NCBI RefSeq assembly: GCF_006345805.1
Contig: NC_043020.1
Span: 5,952,001 to 6,016,000 of the forward strand
DNA: 64,000 bases
Direction of reading: 5' to 3'
Source of the DNA: Octopus sinensis
Taxonomy: Eukaryota
Under the pieces are notes generated by a model. That model was not told the origin of the DNA. It did no database searches and saw only the letters and a program-made list of their open reading frames with translations. Below, piece after piece: positions 40,030-51,214 of the stretch. Made by a program: the position numbers and the translations under genes. Numbering within the stretch: position 1 is the first letter of the stretch; each line of letters begins with the position of its first letter.

Positions 40030-41779
40030 GTTGTCGAGCGGTTACTGTTTACATCTCGTTCAGAGATTTAATAATGTTTGTGTAGATATAAAACATGAAA
40101 ATGTATCAGTAACGCAAACTGGATATTGAGACAATGCTTCATGAAAACTGTACCAACCCTATATACATGTCTGGGTGTGCATCTATGTAATTTCATATAT
40201 ATGTGTTAGAGTGTGTATGTGTAGGTATATATGTATGTTGGTATGTGTGTATAGACCTATATAAGTTGACTGTTCTTTGGTAGTTTCCCTTAGCATTGTT
40301 CTATAAATGTCAAATCTTTGTATTTAAGCAGCCAGACTATATTTATGATGTATAAATGTTACTAGAACACAAAATAATGCCTCCATATACATACATCTGT
40401 GTATATATATACACAAATTCATATATATGTATATATGTGTGTGTGTGTGTATATTAATAGGTATGTATGTTCTGTTATTCTTTTACTGGTTTCAGTCAAT
40501 TAACTGCAGCCATGCTGGAGCACTGCCTTTAGTCAAACAAACTGAGCCTAGAACTTATTCTTTGAAAGCCTAGTACTTATTCTATCAGTCTCTTTTGCCG
40601 AACCGCTAAGTTACAGGGACATAAACACATATATGTATAATATATATATATATTATACGACAGGCTTCTTTCAGTTTCCATTTACCAAATCCACTCACAA
40701 GGCTTTGGTTGGCCCGGGGCTATAGTAGAAAATACTTGCCCAAGGTACCATGCAGTGGGACTGAACTCATGTGGTTGGAAATCAAGATATATATTGTGTT
40801 TGTATGTACATATTTATGTGTGTGTGTGTGTGTGTGTGTGCTTGTGTTTTGTCTTCTATCTTTTACTAGTTTCAGTCATTAGACTGTGGCCATGCTGGGG
40901 CATCGATTTGAAGAATTTCAGTCAAATGAATTGATCCCAGGACTTATTTTTAAAGCCTGGTACATATTCTATCAGTCTTTTTTTGCCAAACTGGTAAGTT
41001 AAAGGAACAGAAACATTTCAACACTGACTGTCAAGCAGTGATGGAGGACAAACACAGACCTAAAGACACATGCACACATATTAATTGATGTGTATAGTAT
41101 TATATATCAAATCCACTCACCAGACTTTGGTCGGCCTGAGGCTATAGAAGACACGATGCCATGCAGTGGGACTGAACCCACAACCATGTGGTTGGTAAGC
41201 AAGCTACTTACCACACAGCCACTCCTATGCCTAATCAAAATTTTTAAAGAATACAAGCCTAAATGTAGCTAAAGATAGTAAATGTTTAAATGTTTTTGAA
41301 GTATAATTAAACCAAATCATCAGAAAACATCAGTGACACAGAAAGAAGAGTCTGGTATGCATGGGTGACTGATGGTCTTCCATAAACAATCCTGCCCGGA
41401 CTTGTGCCTCAGAGGGGGAACTTTCTAGGTACAATTTCAGGGTCATTCATGACCAAAGGGGATCTTTATGTGTGTATGTCTGTATATATATATTATATAT
41501 GTAAAACATAAAGAGATAGCCGTAGGGCGCCTGTGTCATCCTTGTTTTTAACTGTTCCAGTCTTCCAAAAAGTTTTTTTTGTTTCATGTTTGTCTCTGTT
41601 GCGTTTGCATTCTTTCCTTCTGGGGCTGGCCGATTCAGAGCAGATTTCAGAATTAAACAGCCGAAATCTGCGATGAGGAATCAGTTTCTGACTGAAAAAC
41701 GAAGGCTTTGAATGACCCGTTTGTCTTTTATGTTCGTCCCTTCGTGTATTTCACGTTATTTATTTATGTAAAGGTTTAT

Positions 41780-41844
<65 letters not shown>

Positions 41845-42060
41845 CATTCTCAGAGTGGTTGGTGTTAGGAAGGGCATCCAGCCATAGAAACCATGCCAAA
41901 TCAGACTGGAGTCTGGTGCAGCCTTCCATCTCACCAGCCCTGGTCAAACCACCCAACCCAAGCCAGCAGACGTTAAATGATGATGATGATGTACAAATAC
42001 ACACAGAGATTTATATAGACTTACACGAAAATACACACACATTTGCATGCACACGTGTAC

Positions 42061-42105
<45 letters not shown>

Positions 42106-42752
42106 TATACAACCTGTGTAATTCTACTTGCCAACTTGGCTGAAAATAGATTCTATTTCTGGTTTATCATTGAGTGGTTTAGCCATGGGAATGGCATTGT
42201 TCATCTGGAAAGACAATTGCATGATAAGATTTACAACAACAACAATAACAATAATAATGCATTTAAAAAAAAAAAATGGAACGAATGCCAGTATGAAAAA
42301 TATATAGATTTTTCAAATGCATCCAACTCAATGTTGTATAGAAATGGATAAAAGGCCTGGTGGTGGTGATGGAGATGTGGATGATCTGGAAGGAAAATGG
42401 AAGAAGAAAAAGGAATAACAAAGAAACAGGAAATGTTTCATCTTTTTATCTTGTGTATCTTTTATTCACTGAAAGATTTTCATCAATTAAAAAACATGAA
42501 CAATAACAACAACAACAACAATTAACGATAGTAATGATCCTTTCTGCTAAAGGGACAAGGCCTGAAACTTTGGTGGTGGGGACTGGTTGATTACATTGAC
42601 CCCAGTATTTCACTGGTACTTAATTTATCAACCCCCAAAAGGATGAAAGGCTAAGTCGACATTGGCAGAATTTGAACCCAGAACATAATGACGGACAAAA
42701 TGCTGCCAAGCATTTTGCCCGGTGTGCTAACAATTCTGCCAGCTCACCGCCT

Positions 42753-42823
<71 letters not shown>

Positions 42824-43089
42824 TAATAATATTAATAATGATAATAACAATAATAATGTTAATAATAATGATAATAATAATGATCATAATGATAATAATA
42901 ATGGAAATAATATATTTCTAAATCTCTCAGAGAGATTTATGCAGTAACAGCACAATAAAGTCTCTACTTTGAAAGCATAAGGACACAGGAAATGTGTCAA
43001 GTCCAACAGGAAACGGTGTCTCCTAGGGTTAAATAACAGTAGCATTCTTCCCTTTCATGGGACAGCATGCTATCAGTTTATTAATGATA

Positions 43090-43870
43090 ATGGTTTCAAA
43101 TTTTGCCAGAAGGGCAGCAATTTTGAGGAATGGGTTAAGCCAATTACGTCAACCCCAGTGCGTAACTGGTACTTATTTTATCGACCCCCGAAGGATGAAA
43201 GGCAAAGTCAACCTCAGTGAAACTTGAACCCAGAACTTAGCGATGGGCAAAATACCTCTAATCATTTCGCCTGGCATGCTAATGAATCTGCCAACTTGCC
43301 GCCTTAATAATAATAGTAATAATAATGATAATAATAATTCTTTTTAATTTTGACACAAGGCTATCAATTTTGAGGGGAGGGGGCAAGTTGATATCACCGA
43401 CCCCTGTGCTCAACTGAAAGAATGAAAGGGAAAGTCGACCTCCGCAGAATTTTGAACTCAGAATGTAACCGCAGATGAAATACCTATTTCTTTACTACCT
43501 ACAAGGGGCTAAACACAGAGAGGACAAACAAGGACGGACAAACGGATTAAGTCGATTATATCGACTACAGTGCGTAACTGGTACTTATTTAATCAACCCC
43601 GAAAGGATGAAAGTCAAAGTCGACCTCGGCGGAATTTGAACTCAGAATGTAGCGGCAGACGAAATACCGTTAAGTATTTTGTCCAGTGTGCAAACAATTC
43701 TGCCAGCTCACCACCTTAACAATAATAATAAGAAGAATCCTTCTACCACTGGTACAGGGCCTGGAATTTTGTAGGGAGATATTAGTTGATTACATTGATC
43801 TCAGTGCTTAACCCCTAAAGAAAAAAGGTAAAGTTGACCTCAGCTGAATTTGAACTCAGAATGTAAAGCT
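43090..43870 (-). repeat. Cluster of SINE family C copies in reverse orientation
   Basis: Repeated cccgaaaggatgaaaggcaaagtcgacctc...gaactcagaa. Similar copies at about 11383-11800 (+), 13655-13900, 18575-18800 and 42540-42755 (-). Confidence 0.75.
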
Positions 43871-44232
43871 GGAAGAACCGGCACAAAGCATTCTGTCTGA
43901 TGCCATTGATCAGCCTAACAAAGAAGGGTTTCAAATTTTGGCACAAGGACAGCAGTTTTAGGAAGAGGGGACAAATTGATTCCAGTGGCAGACTATTCGG
44001 GACTTTTTGCTCAGAGGAACCTGAAACACACACACACACACACAAAGTGATAGTAACGACAATGTTCAGACTGCAGAAATTACTGGTATAAAAGTAGTGC
44101 AGAATAAGGGCCCAGAAACAGTATACATGTGTATGCATGCATGCATGTATGTATATATCTATGTATGTAGAGAGAGAGAGAGGGAGAGATAGATATATGT
44201 GCGCACACACACACAAATTATATATATATGTA

Positions 44233-44397
44233 GGCGTAGGAGTGGCTGTGTGGTAAGTAGCTTGTTTACCAACCACATGGTTCCAGGTTCAGTCCCACTG
44301 CGTGGCACCTTGGGCAAGTGTCTTCTACTGTAGCCTCGGGCCGACCAAAGCCTTGTGAGTGGATTTGGTAGACGGAAACTGAAAGAAGCTTGTCGTA

Positions 44398-44459
<62 letters not shown>

Positions 44460-44668
44460 CGTGTGTGTCTGTGTTTGTCCCCCTAGCATTGCTTGACAAC
44501 CGATGCTGGTGTGTTTATGTCCCCGTAACTTAGCGGTTCGGCAAAAGAGACTGATAGAATAAGTACTGAGCTTACAAAAAAAAAAAAAGAATAAGTCCCG
44601 GGGTCGAGTTGCTCGATTAAAGGCGGTGCTCCAGCATGGCCACAATCAAATGACTGAAACAAGTAAAA
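44233..44668 (+). mobile_element. SINE family A
   Basis: Full-length match to the other copies. Confidence 0.8.
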
Positions 44669-44915
44669 TCGTAAAATAGTGAAAATGGAAAGCTTCGTAG
44701 AAAGCTGAAAGGAAAAAGTTCAATATCCTTTTTATTATTCTACCTGAAATATATAATGGTTATTAAACTTTTATATTTCTTGCATTCTAAGAAGCTCTCT
44801 GTTTTTAAAAGTCTTTCTGATTACTAAGACTAATGTTATAATTCCAGATTAAAAGAAACCGTTTATGAAAACCAATGCAACAACAGAGGCTACTATAAGT
44901 GCCTGAAGAATTCTG

Positions 44916-45256
44916 GGATCTTTTCACTTTGACCGGCAGATTTTTAAAATAATTTCTTTGTAACTAAACACTTTTAAACTTTGTATACTGGTAGTGTGTT
45001 TCATAAAACATCTTTTTTCTCTTGGCTTTCTTGAGGAAATTCTGTAGTTTGTAAGATATTTGTTGTTAAATTGTAAGCTATTTGTTGTTAAATGCAAGAA
45101 ATTTAACAACAAATAGCTTACAAATTACAGAATTTTCTCAATAAAGCCAAGAGAAAAGATGTTTTATGTAACACATTCTACCAGTATACGAAGTTTAAAA
45201 GTGTTTAGTTACAAAGAAATTATTTTTTAAATCTGTCGGTCAAAGTTAAAAGATCC
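44916..45256. mobile_element. Merlin-type foldback MITE with a perfect 8-bp TSD
   Basis: GGATCTTTT...AAAAGATCC termini, nearly palindromic throughout. TSD GAATTCTG at 44908-44915 and 45257-45264. Confidence 0.85.
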
Positions 45257-45400
45257 GAATTCTGTCCTCTATAATAAAATATATTGCATTCCCCGTCGAT
45301 ATTTGATTGTGAGATAAATAAAATTTAGATTTTCCGTCAACCATCGATGTGCCCCGCCTCCAATTTCAGTTTTTTATTTCTGAAGATGAAATATTCCAGT

Positions 45401-47593
45401 TTATTATTTTATGCTCCAGGAATTCGCCAGAACTTTTTGCTTGTCAGTTTTAAAATAATTTTCCCGCGTCACATCTGTGTGAGTACAAAATTCTCTTAAG
45501 TCACGCTAGGAGAAAACTTGATGTAAGGGAGATAACTAAACGTAAGTGGTATGTTACCTCCCTTAGTTTCGTTATAGTATCGTCCAGTCCATCAGTTGCG
45601 GTTATACACCGCTGGTCACAATACGCCACCAATTCTGTCTTGGCTGCGCCCTTCTTTTCCATCTTGACCCGAATTGCTTAACTAGATCGTCTTCCCATTG
45701 TCATAGAAGCTTTCCGAGTGATCTTTTCGAATCATATGGATACCGCTCGACGACTGCATGGGTCCGCTATTGTCCGAACCTTGTGACATGTCCAGCCCAG
45801 CGGAATTTCTGTTTTTGATATTCTGCCATCACATCGTTCACTCCACTCCACTCGGATCGTCCCATTTCAAATATGCTCTCCTAATGATATTCCTAAGCAT
45901 GGATTTTTCCATGGCTCTTCGCATCGTAGCCAGTCGATGTTCTTTCCTCTCCGAAGTAACCCGCATCTCACTTGCGTATAAGATAGCAGATCCTTTTATT
46001 AATAATTTTTCAAAATAAAATAGGTCTTCACCGTTGCATTTTGTTGATGCTGTGATGGGAACCCGTAGTCTCAGATATAGGAGGGTCACTGCTTCCATAG
46101 CCGAACGGGAATTCCTACCTGTGTGAGCACCCGCCCCCACCACGCCGACTTCTTTCCTCATAACTTCCAGAGAAGTGAATATTTTAAAATGAAATTTCCT
46201 ACAAATACACTTCAGATGGTGTAGATTCCGAGTATATTGGAATATGTGGTGAACAAAAAATTTTCCGAGCGGGGGTGGGGTAGTGTGAGGAGTTTCGGAA
46301 AATTCACACGAGACGGCTTTATGATTATATCGGAATTTAATATGAAAAAAAATTAATAAATGGCGGGCTCGTATACATAGATAAAGACACACGTCACATA
46401 CTGGAATTTGATATTTCGGTAAAAAAAATTGTGATGTGTGTCAGTATGTATGTGTACTGTTACGACCGGGTGGCCATAACCCGAATTTAGACAACCAACA
46501 ATGATGGGGTGAACGCAAAACAACAACAACACACCATGAAGTATTTTTTTTAATATTATTAACAATTAAGTGTCAGCATACACAAACAGCCTACATACAA
46601 AATAAATTAATGCTACGCTAGACAGGCAGTCAAAATATTTATAAAGGTAAAATATATATATGTATATAAATTAATAAATAAATAGAACATATGCATATAT
46701 ATAAACATATATGTAAGTACCTACCTCTACATGTATATATACATGCATATATGGGTACAGGACACAAAAAAAAAAAAAAACCTCGAACACAATGAGAAAC
46801 GAAAACATAAACACAAAACCAAGGAAATGGACATTTTTCTTAAACAACGAAAAATTAGAGTACAGGACACACAAAACAAGGAAAATTCCCATTCTTCAGT
46901 CACCTTTGTTTCGACTACTCCACGTTTCGAATAGTTCAGAAATTCGGGCTCAGAAACCCAGCTTCACCAACTTGATTTTACAAGCTTAGATTCGTAATTC
47001 GGGATTCACAAATTTAATTTCACAAAAATTAGCCTCACAAATTTGGTTTTCAAAAAAATATGGATTCCGAAAATTTCGATTCACAAAATCTGGCTTCACA
47101 ATTTCGGATTTCGAACCTTAAACATAAATCCTACGCCAAAGCAACCATTTAAACTAAAAGTTCATGACACAAAACGGCTGCCAGACTACATTAATAATTA
47201 TAGTTTAAAAAAATGAATAGTCAAACAAACAAAATCTAGTTTGCTTTAAATTCACACAAAACTGCTTCATACAAGCATGCTGAGTTACCATTAAACAAAA
47301 TTTACAGTTTAGTTGTCTAATACAAAAAATGGTCACCTGAAAAATTAATTCATACTCCTTCTAGCTATTTATATAAATTTTTCAACATTTATCTTAACAG
47401 AAAATCGCTAGCAAAATTACTACACAACCTGCCACAAAATGCAAGGTTCGAAATTCACATAAATATTACAATAACGCAACTTAAGAGATTTTTGTACTCA
47501 CCCAGATGTGACGCGGGGAAAATTACTACAGAAAATTATTTTAAAACTGACGAGCAAAAAGTTCTGGCGAATTCCTGGAGCCTAAAATAATAA
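45401..47593. repeat. Inverted repeat pair (45401-45501 and 47479-47593) bracketing about 2 kb
   Basis: gctccaggaattcgccagaactttttgc...gtcacatctg...ctcttaagt and its reverse complement. The right arm has a 12-bp insertion. Confidence 0.85.
45590..46010 (-). mobile_element. Degenerate RTE-clade LINE 3' fragment
   Basis: LYASE...RLATMRRAMEKSML, then FRWAGHVTR...WEDDLVKQFG in a shifted frame. Confidence 0.7.
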
Positions 47594-47899
47594 TTCCATA
47601 AATGCCTGACACAGAGCAGAAAGTGCATAAACTAAACAGGCAATGATAGCTTCCAGAATCCAACTGAACCATCTTGTCCTTATTTGCTTATACAAGCGTA
47701 GATAAAGTGGACGAACAAGGAGAGAGAAGACAGCCCATGTGATTTTATTATTACCCACAAGGGGCGAACATAGATGGGACAATACAATCTGATGATGGGG
47801 TCAGACAAACGAATGGGTTTTTACAATAAATCGGATTTAAAAATTTTCATGAATTACAATAAATGGACAGAAATCGAATGATGGGACAGACCGGAAGAC

Positions 47900-48660
47900 A
47901 TTACGGGTGGAGTGGGTGCGGGTTTAGCTCGGACCCCACGAGCCCCGCCTCCCCACTGATACTTTTGGTTGCGCTTGGTAGAAGACAGCCCATGTGGGGC
48001 CAAAAACAGACGAATGAATGTTGTAAAATTATATACTGAGGATGTAATGACTACAACTCGACCCCACTTCCGAATAGCATCATTTAAATCTGTTTTGCAT
48101 CAAGCTTATAACTGAATTAATTGTCATTCATAAGTATACTGTGGGTCTACCGTTCCAAACTCCGCCACAGGTGACAAAAGGCCATAATAATCTATCTCTG
48201 CCTCACCAAAGTTTGCTTTTAATTTTTTGCAACTATTTCGATCAATAATAATACATTGCCTACCTGGGACTTTTAATGTCTGCTCTTCTCTGACTCTAAC
48301 AACGGTCTTCATCTTGTTTATTCTCTCTTCAATCGCTGCATTTGTCCAATAAAATGTTAAAAATCCTGTTGATGTTTTACGTTGGGTTTCTTGTGTGTCT
48401 GTACGTGTGCAATAGATTGATGCTTCTGTACTGCCTGAGTTTTTTTCGTGTACGTGAGTGCCTGTGGCTATTCTGTTGCTGGAGTTACTGGGCCGTGTGT
48501 GTGTGGTTGGGGATTCTGGGCTGTTTAGTGTAATTGTGTGTGTTAATTGCGGTGTGGGTGTTTGTGTATCACCGAGCTCTTTATTCTTCTTCTTTTTTTG
48601 AGTTCTTAGGGGGCCGAGAGTTCTTTCTTTTCTTTCTATTTCGTATTTCTTGTACTTCAT
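47900..48660 (-). mobile_element. Probable LINE ORF1 remnant (L1/Tx1-like)
   Basis: A 178-aa open frame (48124-48660) is followed by frameshifted PTWAVFYQAQPK and GARGxRA, resembling the FYxGQP-CCHC knuckle of Tx1-like ORF1. Confidence 0.4.
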
Positions 48661-48683
48661 CTGTGATTAATTCCTCTCATTCT

Positions 48684-49038
48684 GGATCTTTTCCTTTTGA
48701 ACGGCAGACAATTTCTAGTTAACTAAACACTTTAAAATTTCGTATACTGGTAGAATGTGTCAAAATTTAGGGTTAGGAGTAGGTTTAGGGTTAGTGACAG
48801 GATGTTGTCTCAGTTTTAGACGCAGCAAATGATTTTAGTTCAATGGAGGTAATCGATTGGTTAAAATTGCCGAAATGCTCGGATTTTCAGACGAAATATC
48901 TTACAAATTATAGAATATTCTCAATAAAACCAAGAGAAAATAATGTTTTATAAACACTTTCTACCAGTATACTAAGTTTAAAATTTTTTAGCTACCTAGA
49001 AATTATGTTACAAACTGCCGTTCAAAAGGAAAAGATCC
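48684..49038. mobile_element. Merlin-type MITE with a perfect 8-bp TSD
   Basis: TIR GGATCTTTTCCTTTTGAACGGCAG. TSD CTCATTCT at 48676-48683 and 49039-49046. Confidence 0.85.
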
Positions 49039-49589
49039 CTCATTCTTCCTTCGGCTTCTCGCTGCTACTTGTTTCTTCCTGTCTCACTTCCGTTGGTGTT
49101 TGCTTATGGAGAAGGGGGCAGTTTGTCTTAATGTGACCCTTCTACCCGCAGTGATAACATGTGGGGTGGGGGTCTACCTTCAACGTTCAGTTAATAAAGG
49201 AAACCAAATTTTCCATTATACGGACATTAACAGCAAATTAAACTGTAAGCTGAGCCTGAGTGAGATTTTAGAACTAATATTTTTTCTTTGTCATGGATAG
49301 ACCCATGACCACAGCAGTGACTCTCACAGGAAAATCCAAAAATATAATAAGTAACTGGTGCAATATGTGTCGCGAGGTGTGTGGAGCCGTAGTTTATCAT
49401 GAACGATGAGGGAAGATGGTTGGAGCAGACGATAACCCCGTTCAGATCGACGAAGCAAGATTTATTGGTCGACAAAAATGCAATTAAAGAAGACTGCTGA
49501 ATGACCACAACGCTGCTTTCAGTTCTATATTTAAGAGATGAGAAATTATTTACATTAGACGGATATGTGTCCTCATCTTGTTTGTTGTT

Positions 49590-49635
49590 AAAACAACGTT
49601 TCGCCTGATATACCCTTCAGCCTTCATCAGGTGTC
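49590..49635 (-). ncRNA. Minimal type-I hammerhead ribozyme motif (Penelope type)
   Basis: gacac CUGAUGA A ggcuga-agggtata-ucaggc GAAA CG U U guuuu. Core intact, with one mismatch in stem II and one in stem I. Confidence 0.65.
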
Positions 49636-49688
49636 TTGGCGAAATTTCGAACCTGGGTTCTCATTCCTGAGGTATTTGTTCGATGTTG

Positions 49689-49733
<45 letters not shown>

Positions 49734-49862
49734 TCACTGCCTGGAATCGAACTCGGAATCTTGGGGTTAGTAGCCCGCGCTCTTAAGCACTATGCCATAT
49801 GCTCGCTCATGGGCATAAAAAATACCTTAGGAATGAGAACCCAGGTTCGAAATTTCTCCCAA

Positions 49863-49908
49863 GACACCTGATAAAGGCTGGAAGGTATATCAGCCGAAAC
49901 GTTGAGTT
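49863..49908 (+). ncRNA. Hammerhead motif in the opposite arm, core mutated (G8A)
   Basis: gacac CUGAUAA A ggcug-gaaggtatat-cagcc GAAA CG U U gagtt. Stem II is perfect but the core carries G8A. Confidence 0.5.
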
Positions 49909-50506
49909 AACAACAAACAAGATGAGGACAAATATAAATAATGTAAATAATGAACGCTCCTTTCTTCGAAGAGTGAAACAACAGGAACCATGGACATAGA
50001 ATTGATGGGTCATGGATTTTTGATCTCAAACAAGGCTCAAACTGTCGATACTTTTGTGTGGAACGGCGTGACAGGAACAGTCTGATCCTAATTATTGAGA
50101 GAGAATGTGAAAAAAAGTTCAGCATTCATTCACATGAGTGGCCCGCTTATAATAATTTAATTGCCATAGGTTATCGCCCTCTGCCAGTGAACCATCAACG
50201 ACATTATGTAGATCCAGTGACCAGAGCACACACTCAGGCCATTGAGCGATCGTGGTTCGATGCTAAATCTAGGATTCTGAACAAAAAAAAAAATGATGTC
50301 TGACATATCTGAAGGACAAGGTAGATAACCCTGTTTGACACCGTGGTAGACCGCATGCTATACTAGCACCCGTGTGTGTTAGGTATGGAATTCTTTATCT
50401 CTGCTGGTATTAAAAACAATAAATCTTTTCTGAGAGCAAAAATTTTTTGAAGAGGGGAAAGAGAATAAGAGATTCTTACGTGTTGCGAGGAGGAATAAAA
50501 ACCAAG

Positions 50507-50782
50507 GGATCTTTTCCTTTTGAACGGCAGTTTTCAACACAGTTTCTTGTTAACTAGACACTTTTAAACTCCGTATACTAACCCTAACTCTAACTCCAAG
50601 GCCATAGGATTGGTTAAAATTCGAAAAATTAAACTACGTTAAACTTACAAATTACAATTTTCTCAAGAAAGCCAAGAGAAAAAAATGTTTTATTTTTACA
50701 CATTCTACCAGTATACGAAGTTTAAAAGTGTTTAGTTAACTAGAAATTGTTTTGAAAACTGCCGTTCAAAAGGAAAAGATCC
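50507..50782. mobile_element. Merlin-type MITE, third copy
   Basis: Same TIR. The flanks AAACCAAG and AAATCTAG match at 6 of 8 positions (degenerate TSD). Confidence 0.8.
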
Positions 50783-51214
50783 AAATCTAGTATACGCAAG
50801 GTAAGTAGTATTTGATTAAAATAAAATCCATTGATACGGCCGCAAACGGAGCGACAAAAAAGCTTTCTGGAAAAAATAAATAAATAAATGAGTGGAAATT
50901 AAACCGGTGCGTGTGTTTTATCTCCAGATACAATTAAAACAGCTAACTATAATGCATACGCAATGTAGGTAGTATTTAATTAAACAGCTACCTGTATTCT
51001 TTTCTACTCTAGGTATAAGGCCAGAATTTTGGGGGAGGGGCAAGTCGATTAGATCGATCCCAGTACACAACTGGTACTTAATTTATCGATCCTGAAAGGA
51101 TGAAAGGCAAAGTCGACCTCGGCGGAATTTGAACTCACAACGTAACGGCAGACGAAAAACCCATTTCTTTACTACCTACAAGGGGCTAAACATAGAGGGG
51201 ATAGCCATAGGTAT

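Larger units (their letters stand above)
49545..49951 (-). mobile_element. Non-autonomous Penelope-related foldback element: inverted arms with hammerhead motifs around a tRNA-like head and an (AAT)n tract
   Basis: 49569-49677 is the reverse complement of 49820-49929, with further homology out to 49545 and 49951. The centre on - carries an A-box (TGGCATAGTGC) and B-box (GTTCGATTCC). The element interrupts the Merlin transposase remnant. Confidence 0.75.
49100..50330 (+). pseudogene. Decayed Merlin (IS1016/ISXO2-like, DDE_Tnp_IS1595) transposase
   Basis: Fragments NWCNMCREVC, VQIDEARF (49443-49454), NNRNHGHRIDGSWIF, VERRDRNSL, HSHEWPAY (catalytic D changed to H) and VNHQRHYVDPVTRAHTQAIERSW. 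Contains stops and frameshifts and is split by the 49545-49951 insertion. Confidence 0.85.

Noticed and set aside
42124-42204. Possible small - strand exon (ctttccAG|MNNAIPMAKPLNDKPEIESIFSQVGK*)
   Set aside because: Good acceptor but no homology I recognise and no partner exons, so it is consistent with chance.
46458-47530. Solo LTR (TGTTACG...ACTACA)
   Set aside because: There is no TSD, and the apparent ACA end is a 12-bp insertion inside one arm of the inverted repeat.
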